64,000 nt of DNA, taken from positions 1,206,011-1,270,010 of the forward strand of contig RHPI01001715.1 in the NCBI GenBank assembly GCA_009103225.1. Reading direction: 5' to 3'. Below the pieces are notes generated by a model. That model made no database searches. It was given only the letters and a program-made list of their open reading frames with translations, and had not been told where the DNA came from. The stretch is from Chlorokybus atmophyticus. Its lineage: Eukaryota > Plantae > Mesostigma and Chlorokybus algae. Positions 45,949 to 58,437 of the stretch are shown piece after piece (position 1 is the stretch's first letter; every line of letters starts with the position of its first letter). Both the position numbers and the translations under genes were made by a program.

Positions 45949-48900
45949 CCATGCCGCCGCCAATGCCACCAACAGCGGCGGTGAAGAAGAAGCTCGACCC
46001 ATCCTTGCGGCCTGCAAAGCAGGTTAGCAGACGTTCGGTTGGAAAAGGGAAAGAAGCCCCGTTGTTTGCAGCTGCGAAGCTTGTCAAGGCCAGCCAAGCA
46101 GTGACGCATGCAGGCAACAGCAAACAACACCAGGCAAAAGTGCGTGCATGAAGCTTAAGCTCATGCGCACGCACAGCAGACGGCAGCACACAGGGTGCAA
46201 GGCGCGGCGGCGGCAGCAGCGAGCGGTCGCAGCATGGGAGATAAAACGTTTCAGCAGCAACATAGAAAACCATGCACAAAGGACTCACCGGCCGGCGGCG
46301 GCGGCGGCGGCGGCGGCAACCAGGTCACCCGCACGGTGCACCCGCAAGCGAAGAAGCTCGTGCAGAGCAAGCTCGGACGTGGTTAGAAAGTACTACTCAG
46401 AGGTGGATTGGACTTAGCTACCACACTGGAACATATGCCACCTGATACTGAGCCCAAACACACTGGGCTCATTTGCTGCGGACAAGTCAATGAACAGCCT
46501 GACCGACTTGATACAGATAATGTTGATGTACCAGGCACAATACCTACATGTCACAGGTTATGTCAGCATGTTTCGCGCTGCCAACTCAGTGCAGTGGGCT
46601 TCTGCCTGCCACTGTTGATAGGCGGATAGTCATACTCTCAGCAAATCGCGCGGTCAGTTTATGGGATGGTAAGTATGGCTTACTGACAGCGAAGTCAGGC
46701 TAACTTTTTGCCTGGTACAGTGTAGCAGAGTTGCTTGGGCAGGTCGCTGGTGCGTGCGGCGTGTCACCGTCAGGCGGTGCGCTCACCAATCCGAACCGTG
46801 TGATCACTTTATAGGTGTACACTTATGCAACACTACCGGTCCGGTAGTCTTTCTGATCGGGCGCAGCCTGCCGGCAGTGAATTGCCCGTAGTCTGGAGAC
46901 GCTGATATTGCTGCGGATTAAGTATTATGATGGAATCGCTGGATCCCTGCTGATTCAAGTACGACTCAAGCCCAACGTCGGCGCGCGTTTAGGCGCGCAG
47001 ATGTTGTTTGAGCAAGTCGCTGGCTTGGAAGGAACTGAGATACGTACAATGATTGCGACGAGAAAAGCTGACGAGAAGCGCCACAGGTACGGAAGCTGGG
47101 GGAACTCCATGCCTGCAGACGGTGGACTCGTCTGATGATCACACCACAATCACTCTCAATCCAAGCAGAAACCTGGCTTTATTAAAGCCAGGTGTTACTT
47201 AAAGTAATACAGCCAAGCTTAAATGCTCTGCGAAGGCACTCAAACTCGCTCATCCTTTCATGGATGTTAACAGCCATGTTGTGCTACAATCAACAATTGC
47301 CTTTATAACCATTTCAAAGTACCTTGTTGGTGTATTGCCGCCTTTAAGCAGATTTTTTTTTAAATTTTTTGGATACAGATGCAAAGCAAGTGGCAATTGT
47401 GTATTTTGGGCATGTGCATTAGACACACATGTATAGTGCTATTGACAAAGTATTTCACCTTAATTGTTGCATCTAATTAATATACGTGCAATGGCACTGC
47501 ATGCTACTCAAACCGTACATAGTGAGAGCCGGTAATGTAACTTCCCTTACGTTTGAAAGTTTTCACATATGAAAGCTTAAGGGAGCTGTTATTGCAACTT
47601 GCAGCAATTGAATCTTGTCATTGCATGTGTATAAAGTACGAATTCAAGTCATTTATGCTTCATTATGCACACACGCACATGCACACGTCTAAGCAACAAA
47701 CCTGCCAAGAAGACCGGTAAGTGGCAAACATCACACATGCCGGGGCATGCAACTTCGATTACACCAGGAGCTTACATTACAGCGCTAATGCATTAGGTGC
47801 ACGGCGGGGCAGTTGGCATCATGCTCATGATGAGCAAGTAGGGAGCATACCCAACCTGTTGCATAAAGCTCATGGTCAGCCTAAAGGCCCCAACCACCAC
47901 AGCAATAGCAAGGAGGGAAGCAAGGCATGGAAAGGGAGGTTAGAGCAGGGTGGGGCGGAGGGATGATGTGCGGTGCAAGCGGTGGCTGCGCTATAGCTGC
48001 TAAGATCAGGTTATTAATGGCCCGAAAGGTTGCAGCAATCGCCTACAGCCTTTACCCTCGATCCGCAATGGACCATGAGTACACGGTGTACTGATAACGG
48101 CAGGCAGCGGGTCACGATACCAGTTGATCAATACGTTAGCAGTAGTTAATACTTACACACAACAATTGCGCTTCTAAACTGACTTGCATGAGGGCAGATC
48201 AGCTGTTCCCCTCACGTACTTGGTCACCAATGATTAGAGTCACTCACCTCTGCTCATCCAAAATATCGCAACCCCGAAGCTCTCAACTTTAATCATTGAT
48301 GTCTCAACAGGTTTTCACTATCTGCATGCACCAATGGAAGGGTTTAATTATGTCGATCATCTACATGACGGTCACAAGTCTCACCATGTTGGCTGCATGA
48401 CATGCTCCGAATATACGTAGTACTAGTAGTTGTGTATGCCCGCGAGAGTACCAACACTCAAAAGTGTTGACGCCTTCAATTTGCGCCGCTACGGTAGCTT
48501 GCAATGCCATGTCGTATGGTCACGACAGCAGACGACGACTATTGCCATAATAATGAGCATGTTATCAATGATATCAGCATACACATTAACAATAACTATA
48601 GCGCTAAAAATAACATGCTTGGTAACCTCATAACACCATTATGAGGTTGGCAATACTGATCAGTCATGAGTATGCGCTGAGCTCATGCATTGCGATAAGT
48701 ATACTTAAAAAAGCCATTAAGCAACTTGCCGCAGTTGGCATTTCAATGCCTTAAATAGCAGTTGAAAATGTAGAACACGACCACATGGTAAAGAGGTTTA
48801 AACAAATACGCTATGGTAAATCAACCGCTCGCACCCATATGAAAGCACGTGACATTGCGGTTAGTCTTTTTAAAGACATCGCCAAGTATGCAATGACCCA

Positions 48901-50130
48901 AGTATACGTGTCAATATGTATCAATAGTAAGTTGATTGCCACATATGTATATGTGGTCTAACATGGTACAAGTGAGCTACTCCGGAAGTAACTCACTTAA
49001 AAGAAGTTTAAGAAGCTGACCAATTCAGTTTCATGGACGATATAATGATGACTTTGACCAAGGCTTGTATAAGTGAGGCGCTCACTTATAGGGTAGAAAT
49101 CGTGATATCAAGCTTCTGTACACGTGTTGTACGTTTATTTGTACAGGTGCTGATGCAAGAGAGGACCCTACAAGTGGGTTGTTTAATATGGATAGCTAAG
49201 GGGTTGCTAAGCCAAGTGAGATGAGCTGTGTAGCACAAGGTTCCAACTTAATTTCATGGTCTTGTAACGGGCGATAAGTTATTGCCCGCCGGCTATCGCC
49301 GATACCTGGTTGGGTTGCAATTCTTGCATACAAGTTAATAGTAGCAACTTTATGAATTGCATGCTCTTAGAGCATGCACACTCATATGCACACTAATATC
49401 ATAGCAGCATAATGATTGCGCTGCTATGATAGAGAACTACTATAATTCTAGTAATATAAGTAACCATTTACTACTATTGTACTACGTTGATTATTTACCA
49501 ACTATTACTACTATCAAGCATAACTGTTGCAAAAAGTTAACGACATCATTGCCAGATGCTAGCCATCATGTTTGCTGAGCTTTGTAACACGTTTGTCATA
49601 TATATGCTATCTTAGTATCAACGGCATCACACAAGTGGTGGGCAGCCTTTAATGACTTCAGCATTAGTATCCACATGCAATCGGCAAAATGTTGTCCGCT
49701 CACATGCCGAAACATTGAACAAAAAACCCCGCAGCGAGGATAGCTTCCAACCAAGCTGTTCGTCCCACTTACACTTTGCGTGCGTGACCCGCTGCCGCGC
49801 CGGACACCACTTTTTATGCTCATTTGCGACAAAGCCAACGAGAAATGGAGGGGCTCTTGGGAGCTAGCCGTGAAAGCGTTTCCATGCAAGGGATGTTGTC
49901 AATGGCACCAGAGCAGATGACAAGAACAGATGCATTGAGGCGCATGTGGGAGGTGTTGCATGTGTGGCTGATGATTGAATAATAGAAGTGCAATGTGTGA
50001 TCTCTCGTTACCGGTCAACAACACATACACCCATGGAGGCGATTTGTGCGACTGTGTTGGCTCACGAGCAACCACTACAAGTTGCCACCAGAACTTAATG
50101 CTCGCTGCCCCCCCCTCTCCCCCCCCCCCC

Positions 50131-50453
50131 TTTGCGGTAATGGTTTTCTGTCCAGTAGTACTGTACCGACAGAACGGTGTCCTCGTGCTCTGTGCACACG
50201 CTCGGTCGCACAGTCAGCAAAGGACTGTGGATGCAGAACGTGGCATGCAGCAACACAAACGCTTGCAACTCACCACGCTGCCTGCGCCGCAGTCAATAGT
50301 GAGGGTCCAAGGCAGGCAGTATATAACCGACCTCGACGTTGTGATCGCTACGTCTTCTGCTGTTACAGCAACTGGGTTGCCGCTGTCTAGACGTATGGAT
50401 ATGCTGATGGCAAGCTTGACACCCGCAATGACAGTCACATCGACTGTGTGCAC
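50131..50453 (-). repeat. 323-bp copy of 44314-44636 that is identical by eye (piece of paralog A repeat unit 2)
   Basis: Same sequence from TTTGCGGTAATGG to TGTGTGCAC; flanked by a poly-C run on the left and a single N on the right. Confidence 0.9.
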
Positions 50454-50754
50454 ATACATNCACATATGCTTACATAGGTGTATGTATGTGCGCACGAGAG
50501 CTGATCAAGCGGGAAACATCACTTGTAAGTCAGTTTTGCACGCTCACGCATAATATCGTGTTTAACGTATGCATTCTCATGTACTAATCATTTGCCTTGA
50601 TGATAGAGTACCCATCAAGCACAACATGAGAACCTTCGCACTGAAAATGTCTTCATACAGTGTGAAAAACATGCGCACACGCTCAGACGACAGCTGTCGT
50701 GCATTGCAAATACTTGATAATGCTTATTGCAAAAGATGTATCTTGAGCAGTTTA

Positions 50755-53700
50755 CTAACACTGGCTCTCAAAGTCGTCAGAGCTGGGACAACCGTTCTGC
50801 ACATTGTTTTGGGCCAAGAACTTGTTTATGGCGGTGGTCACTGCATAGAAAAACGAGATGTTGATAACATACATGCATGTGAATGGCACCATCAAGTCCA
50901 CTTACGTCTTGTGGAATTGCTCGAGTTGTACAAGCCGTGGCGGAAGTCGAGCTTGACCGAAAGGGGACACTGAGCATCAGCAAGCGCTTAGCTGCCGCAT
51001 GCACCAATGACTAAAAACGCAAGAAACGGGTGCATGCAGGGTACGAGTTGAGTACAAAATCCAACCTGCGCATAGTACGTCGTGTCCGCGTTAAGCAGAG
51101 CTGTAGTGGCCTCCCTTGCAAAGAGGTCAACCTAAGGTGTCCAAGTGTCAGTGAGCGGCACGCGCACTGGAACAGCATGCAAGTGATTGTCTTAAGACTC
51201 AGTCAAGGCTTGGCTGTCACGCGCACGAGCATGTACGCACACTAGGCAGACTCGAGCGTGCACACACAAGCACATACGTGCGCTCGTACATGAGCACTAG
51301 CATCCACACGGTGACCAACATACCCGGCGAGTTTGAATGATCAGGGCTTGAGCAATGGTACGGTTGCCAAAATAGCGCTCGATGAGCTGCACACGCGCAC
51401 ACGCAACTTCAGTATAGGTACCGCATATTGGCGCTGGTAAGCAGTAGCTCAGGCCGTAAGCAAACAAAGAAGCATACAGCATGTGTACCCGCGCATCCTC
51501 GCTGGCGCGGCTTGCGAATGCAGCAGAGAGCTTGGTATAAGGCTTGATGTTGTCAGGATGGTAGCATCGCACAAGCTGCCTCCATTGAGGCGTAGAACAG
51601 CCCCGCTTCCCACGCACTCTTCCCTCAGGGAATGCCGCCCTGTCAGTGTCACACATCTGAGAGTGGTGTTGACATGAGAGTGCGCGTGTGCGCGTGTGTA
51701 CACACTCACGTTGTGCATGATGGCGCCGTGGTGATTACTGTCACGTTAAAGCTGCTGGACACCTCAAAGCCTTCTTGTGAGAGCGTTACTGTGATGAGCT
51801 TGACACCGCTAGTGTCATACTGGCAGTAGCCTTCCTTGTTGCCCTGTCGCAAGCATCAGAGTGTCACCATGTGAAGTACACAGTGCTACAACCGCGTACA
51901 CACATGCGCGTGTATGCTCACCACATGGCCCGGACCACAGTTGGTACTCAGAGTGAATGGTAAACAGTATGCATCCAACTTGTACGAGACAAGAGATTGG
52001 ATGCTTTCATTAACATTGGCTCTAGCATTGCCGCTTGCGGGCACACCGCGCACGGAGTAGATTACTGGGGCCTTTATGCTGCCAGTGACGATAACGTCGG
52101 TGGTGAGAATAACAGGAACAGCGTCAGGGCATGAGGCGGGATTGCTGCTGCTGAAGCGCACGCTTATCGGGTACACACCCGGACGCAGATTTGCATAAAA
52201 TGTAGGGTTCCGCCCCGTCGCGTCGTCAAATAAACCGTCACCGTTGAACTCCCAGGCCGGGTTTCGCACTTGGCCGCACTCGTCCACGCCCCCGCCAGCA
52301 GCCAAAAAGGCACGCCCGCAGACGAGTGTGCGGTACGGCCCTGAGAAGAAGCTGCACACCAAAGAGCGAGCATTTGACCCGCAACAACGACAACAACAAC
52401 AACAACAAGACGCTTGCATGCGTGTTTGCACTCACTAGTAGGCAGAGACTGTGATGTTGTGAGACTTTGAGACGGAGACGCCATTCTGCGTCAAGGTTGC
52501 GTTGATGACTTTCAGTCCTGGAGTGTTGTACCGGCAGAAAGGTGACCCAGTGCTCTGTGCACATCAACACGCACACAGTCAGCGAAGGACTACGAGTGCA
52601 GTGCCTGACATGCGGCTACAACACAACGGCTTGCAACTCACCACACTGCCTGCGCCGCAGTCAAGAGTGACGTCCGAAGGGAGGCAGTATATAACCGTCT
52701 TCGACACATCGACGACTATATCTTCTCCTGTTACAGCAACTGGGCTGCCGCCCGCCGGACGTATGGATATCCCACGGATGGCGAGCTTGACACCCGCAGT
52801 GACGGTCACATTGATAGTATACACTTCTGTCGGCGAGGCGGGGCAGGCCGGGCTGCTGCTGAATTGCACGCGAACAGGATGGACACCTGGACCGAGGTTG
52901 AAAACACCGGTGTCGAGGTAAGGCGCGCTCCCTGTGAGATCGCCAAACAAACCATCGTTGTCAAAATCCCACGCAAGGAGACGTGGTCTTCCGCACGCAT
53001 CGATGGTCGTGGGAGCTGCAAGGCGAATCAAGCGACACGGAGCGGTGTGGTACGGCCCTCCCAGGCTGCACACACGTGAACACGCACGTACACGCACACA
53101 AGCGGTTAGAGTGCATGTGGTGTGAGCAATCCAGGCTGAACAGGTGTAACCACAGCACTTACTGTAAGGTCGCGACCATGATGTTGCGTGAGCGCGACAC
53201 AACGTTTCCAAACTGCGCGACAGTGGTGGTAATTGTCTTTATGCCTGGAGAACTGTATCGACAGTACCCCACCTCGTTACCCTGAGACAGTGCAGCAAGT
53301 GCGAGGACTTTAATCACCAACATGCGACCACTCCGGCTGCAAGCGCGCTACTCACCACACTGTCTGGACCGCAGTCTATGGTGAGGTTGTCCGGTGCGCA
53401 GCTAGCAGTGGAGCGCTGCACACTCACTTGGATGCGCTCTTGAACGCTCGCAATCGCACTGCCACTTGTCGTAGACGTTGCCACGCTGCTGATGGATAGC
53501 GGTGTGGCGGTGACGTCGATGGTGGTGCTCACAACTTCGGGAGGAGAGTCAGGGCAAGAGCTGCTGCTGGCGCGCACGCTGATGGTGTGAACTCCAGGGC
53601 TGAGCCCCTGGTTGTAGGCGTTGAAGTTGGGATTGGGCCCGGTAGCGTCATCGAACACGCCGTCGTTGTCCAGGTCCCAAGCTAATGAGCGCGCCGCACC

Positions 53701-56700
53701 ACATGCATCCGCGACGGTGGCGGCAGTCAAGCGGATGGTGGCGCAGATGCCAGTACGATACGGCCCTCCTATGCTGAAACACGAAAGAAGAAACTCAGCT
53801 GAGTGTGTGCATGCACGCGCTGTACTGAAGGGCCAATGCTTTGTTTGGCACTTACATCATTCTCACAACATTGATGTTATTGCTTTGGGAAACTGTGAAG
53901 CCAGCCTGCACCAGCGTCACCGTGATCACTTTCACTCCAGTGCTGTCGTAGCGACAAGCTTCTGTCCCGCTTGGGGCCTGTCATTGCGGGGGGGTGCATC
54001 ACAATCAGGCACATGCGCGCACAGGTTGTGAGTGCGGATGACACTTGAGCCAGCTAGCAAAGTTGAACCCCTACTTCAAGCACGCACTCACCACATTCCC
54101 TGAGCCGCAATCGACAGTTTGGGTAAAGGGCAGGCAGGTCTGCACGGTTTTGGACGTGATGATCTTAATGGTACTTCCGACGATCACGTTAGGCCCACCG
54201 CCCGGTGTAGATGCGGACACCTTGTTGATGACAGGGGGTGTGGTGGTGATGTTGACAGTGGTTGTGCGCACTATAGTAGGAGAGGCTGGACAGGAGGGGC
54301 TGCTGACTTGAGCACTTATTGTGCGCACGCCGAGGGGCAGGTGCCGGAGTTTGTTGTCAATAAGAGGAAAGGACCCGCTGGCATCGTCAAAGGCGCCGTC
54401 ACCGTCAAAGTCCCACTTGAAAACTCTGTTGTGACCGCAAGCGTCCTGACCCGCAGCCGCTGCCACTCGCACGACACCACATGCTGGCAGCTGGTAAGGC
54501 CCGGCCATTCTGGCGAATAGTCGTCATGATCATTCATGGTTGCTATCGTGCATATGCGCGTGTGTTTGCATGCAGCAGCACAACAACTTACGATACGGTG
54601 TTGACTGTGACGACGAGTTGCGCAGTTGCCACGAAACCAGCGGACTCCACCATCGCTGTGATAACCTTGTCTCCCGGGCTATTGTACTGACAAAAGTTCT
54701 CAGCAACACTTGGGTCCGGTCTCTGCCATCAGCAAAGGCATCTCATCTATGACTGTTGACTGTTGCAACATGCATGCATGCATGCACGCGGCCAACGCGA
54801 GCTCAACAACATCAGCAGCTGCTCACCACATTGTCCGGACCACAATCAACCGTGTAGCTGCGACTCTGGCAATAGGGGATATCAGTAACCGGAGTGACTC
54901 TAAACCGCTCTCCTACATGGGCTTCATTGTTGTCAGTCCTGGTTTCTGCGGTAAGGCTCCGGATGATAAATGCCCGCGGGCCGGGGACCGTGAGTGTGGT
55001 GTCAAGCACTATCGGGTCGGGTGAGGCAGCGCAGGGTGAGGGGCTACTGGCTCGAACTCTGATTGTGTACACGCCCGGGGGCTTCACGAAATTGTCGAGA
55101 TACGGTCTGTCCCCGACGGCATCGTCGAATGCACCGTCGTTGTCGATGTCCCACGCGAGAGTGCGATGCTGCCCGCACGCGTCAAACCCGCCGGATGCAC
55201 CCAGCTCAATGTAGTCGCTGCACTCCTCCAGGGTGTACGGCCCGGCACTGCACAATCGGCACAACAGAGCAGAGTGACACTCATGCGGCCAACATGCATG
55301 CTATGCAAGGACGCAAGGTCAGTGCGCATGTCCTTGCGTGTGTAGCTGGCGCCAGAAGGGCAAGCACGCTGCACGCTGCTGTCACTTACTATGGGATGGT
55401 GCCGATCGTTTGGGTCGTGCTCAGTCCGAAGCACCACTTGCCAGGCTGCAAAGGCAAGAAACAGATAAGTGGGACTGCCAAGCCTCTCCGGAGGACACAG
55501 GTTATGCATGCGTGCACAGGCACGCATGCAAATGCATGTGTGCATAAGCCTATGCGGCTGCAAAAGGCCGCATGTTGTTAGTTGTATGCGCATGTGCAAG
55601 CGTGATTGCATGCAGCGGTGCGGGCGGGCGAATGCATGCATGTATGCAATCTCGCTCGCCTCCAACGCTCGTTAAATGTGAAGAGCGACTGGAAGGAAAT
55701 TCTGCCCACCTGCCCGATGTTGGAACCTTGTGTGGTTGTATTGGCGATGGCAGCGGTGCGCCCGCCGGGCAGGCTGTAGCCGCGGATTCCATTCCCGACA
55801 TCGAAGCCAGCTTGAGCTGTGCAACAGAAGCACACGAACCCCAACCTCTTATGATCAGGTTGTGCACACAGCATGTGCAAGAGGGTGAAGTGTGTGGGGC
55901 TGGAGGGTGACCACATACCATGGTAGCTGTAGACGGTGGCAAGGCTAGGTTGGGGTCTATCGCTGGCGTACAGTAAGAAAAGGAAGGTTGTGTCGGTGTT
56001 GAAAGCAATCACTATCTGAAATGTTCCGGCTTCTTCTGTGAATGAGCAGCACCGTTTGACCTGCGCACATTGAAAAAGATGTCACTGCATCACATCTCAA
56101 CAGCGCACGTGCACGCGAACGCAGAGGCACACACCTTGTTCCAGGTGACAATGACGGCTGATGTTGCGGCGAAGCCAGCTGCAAGTTGTTCGGTAGGAAA
56201 GGCTTCACGAGCGTCGTCGCTGATGCCGGCAAGGACGGCCGTGTCGTCGACCGTGCGGTACGTGGTTTCGCCGCAGTCTGGGCATCTGGTGTCGAGGGCT
56301 GTCCAGAAGCCTGCCACCATGCTGTAGTACGTGGTTCGCTGAGGGAAGGGGAAGTTCACAGAACTGGACGCGGTAATCAACTTTTTGAAATGCAGTGCCC
56401 CGTTGCTGTTAATGTACAAGCCGCGTATGCTTGGAGAACCAAACACAGGCACTGCGGATGGCAGGGGGACCAGGTTGGAAGAACATGAATAGCACCTGCT
56501 CTCCACAAAGACACGGAGAGAGAGTTACATGCTCGGACTCGGACATCCTGGTGCTTGCCATCTGCAACAGGGCCATGCACAGTCTACACATGCATGCATT
56601 ATAGCCATGATCAGTGGGCTAGGCGCAGGACTATGTCTAACCCCAACAGCTAATGCAAGCCAGCTATGTGACAACAACGTCAACATTAGCCCTAACTTGA

Positions 56701-56868
56701 CAAGTCACCTTGTTGGCATTGCACAAACGCACAATCGGGCGACACAAATACGTACTTTTTCATTGTTTTGTCGCCATTGGCAGCACCAAAGGAGTAGAAC
56801 TCGTCCACTGAGAGGGCGGAGGCGCAGGCAGCTAGAAGCGCCAGAGACAGCATCCATGCCGCCGCCAT
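50755..56868 (-). CDS. Secreted mosaic protein: signal peptide - NIDO - 5 PKD/Ig-like repeat units - PDF1/FOCL1-like C-terminal domain; long paralog B
   Basis: MAAAWMLSLALLAACASALSVDEFYSFG; NIDO motifs LYINSNG, VAGFW..LD, IVTWNK, AGFDVGNG, SNIGQVGR; five GGPY...WDxxxDGxFxDxxG...DCG units; EATTALLNA C-terminal domain. Confidence 0.82.
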
Positions 56869-58437
56869 TGCCACTGGCGGCGGTGAAGAAGGAGAAGCTC
56901 GACCCATCCTTGCGGCCTGCAAAGAAGGCAAGCAGCCAAGCACAAGAATGGTCGGAGAAATCAAGGCCTATGTTTGCAGCTGAGCCGAAGGTTGTGAATA
57001 GGCAACCAAGCAATGGCGAACAGCAAAAAAACAGACTGAAGTGCGTGCATGCAAGCTTGAGCTCACGCACGCACGCACGCACGCACGCAGACATGCACAG
57101 CGGAGCAGCACACAGAGTGGAAATGCGAGGCGTCGGCAGCAGCAAGCGATCGCAGCAACAAGGCAGAGATAGCGTTTCAGACACAGACAGGCCCAAGCAC
57201 AGAGCACTCACCGGGCCGCACAACACAGCGTAGCGGCGGCGGCCACCAAGGGCACTGTGCGCTAGTCGCAAGTGAAGCAAAGCTCACATACACTTCTCTG
57301 CTTGCACAGGGCAAGCTCAGCTGTGGTACGGTACCACATCCCCGGCTTTGACATTCATAAAAAAGAAAAGACATATAGCTTACTGAAAGGTGCCATGTAA
57401 GTAAGCTACGTGACGTAAGGCCCAAAGCCTAAGCAAAGCCTAATAGTATTCGGCCAATGAGCCATTGCTTGGGGCTCTTCATTAAAGGTACATATCAGTC
57501 ACATCAGGCCAGATGCTGCGCGGCTGCCTACTCGTAGAGAGCGCGTGGTACTCCTGTGGGCAAGTCGCGGGTGCGTGCGCGGCAAAAGTGCAAGCTGCGC
57601 CTACCAACACCTACCAAACGTTACATCGGCTGTGGGTATAATATGCCAACTATGAGTCACGACTTATACCTTTAAGTCATAATGTGACGCTTAAAACCAC
57701 CGCACTGTCACTAAAACTGGCCGCAATTGCAGTAGGCTTGTTATGTGCGCTACTGAGAAATCTACCGCTAAGAAAACCGCCGGAGAATGTTTCACTGCAT
57801 TGCGTTTCTGCCCTGCTAGCAGTGCCCTCGTATATAGGCCTGCAGCAAGATTCGTAAGCTCCAAGCGGCGCGCGTTCAGGTGTACTACTACTTGCTTGAG
57901 CAAGACGCTGGTGCGTGCGGGGGGAAACCGAAAAGTAGTTGGGAGGAGAGACTCACGGTCCGTTTATACGTGAGTTACATGGATGAAGCTACAGGTAGCG
58001 GGCACGCGGTTGCCTGTAGGCGGGGACACCTGACTCACTTGACTCGCCTGAATTAATGCGAAGCCAGGCCTGTAGCCAAGCTGAGATACTGTCTAGCACC
58101 CAAGGCACCCAAACTCGCTCGTACTCTACCAATTCTAACCAAGCATGCTGGGCGCCTTTAGTCAAGCTACCAGGGGTGGCATTGCACACTACAGAACACA
58201 AACTGAATGTTGCATTGCATGCTTCATGTATGCGTTTTTGTGCATGCTCCCGAGTGTACCGACATGCAGTGTTGACATTTTGAGTTTGCGAAGCTTGTAA
58301 TGCCACAACGGCAAATAAACACATTACCATAACAATGAGCAATTGCAGCCAATTGCAGACAATCAGTACCAACAGTGCGAGCATGCACCAACATTTTCTA
58401 CAGCGGTAGGTAAGCTAGGTAGTGCAACGATACCAAA

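Noticed and set aside
47171-47215. Helitron 3' end
   Set aside because: The hairpin is present, but there is no CTRR terminus at the expected distance on either strand.
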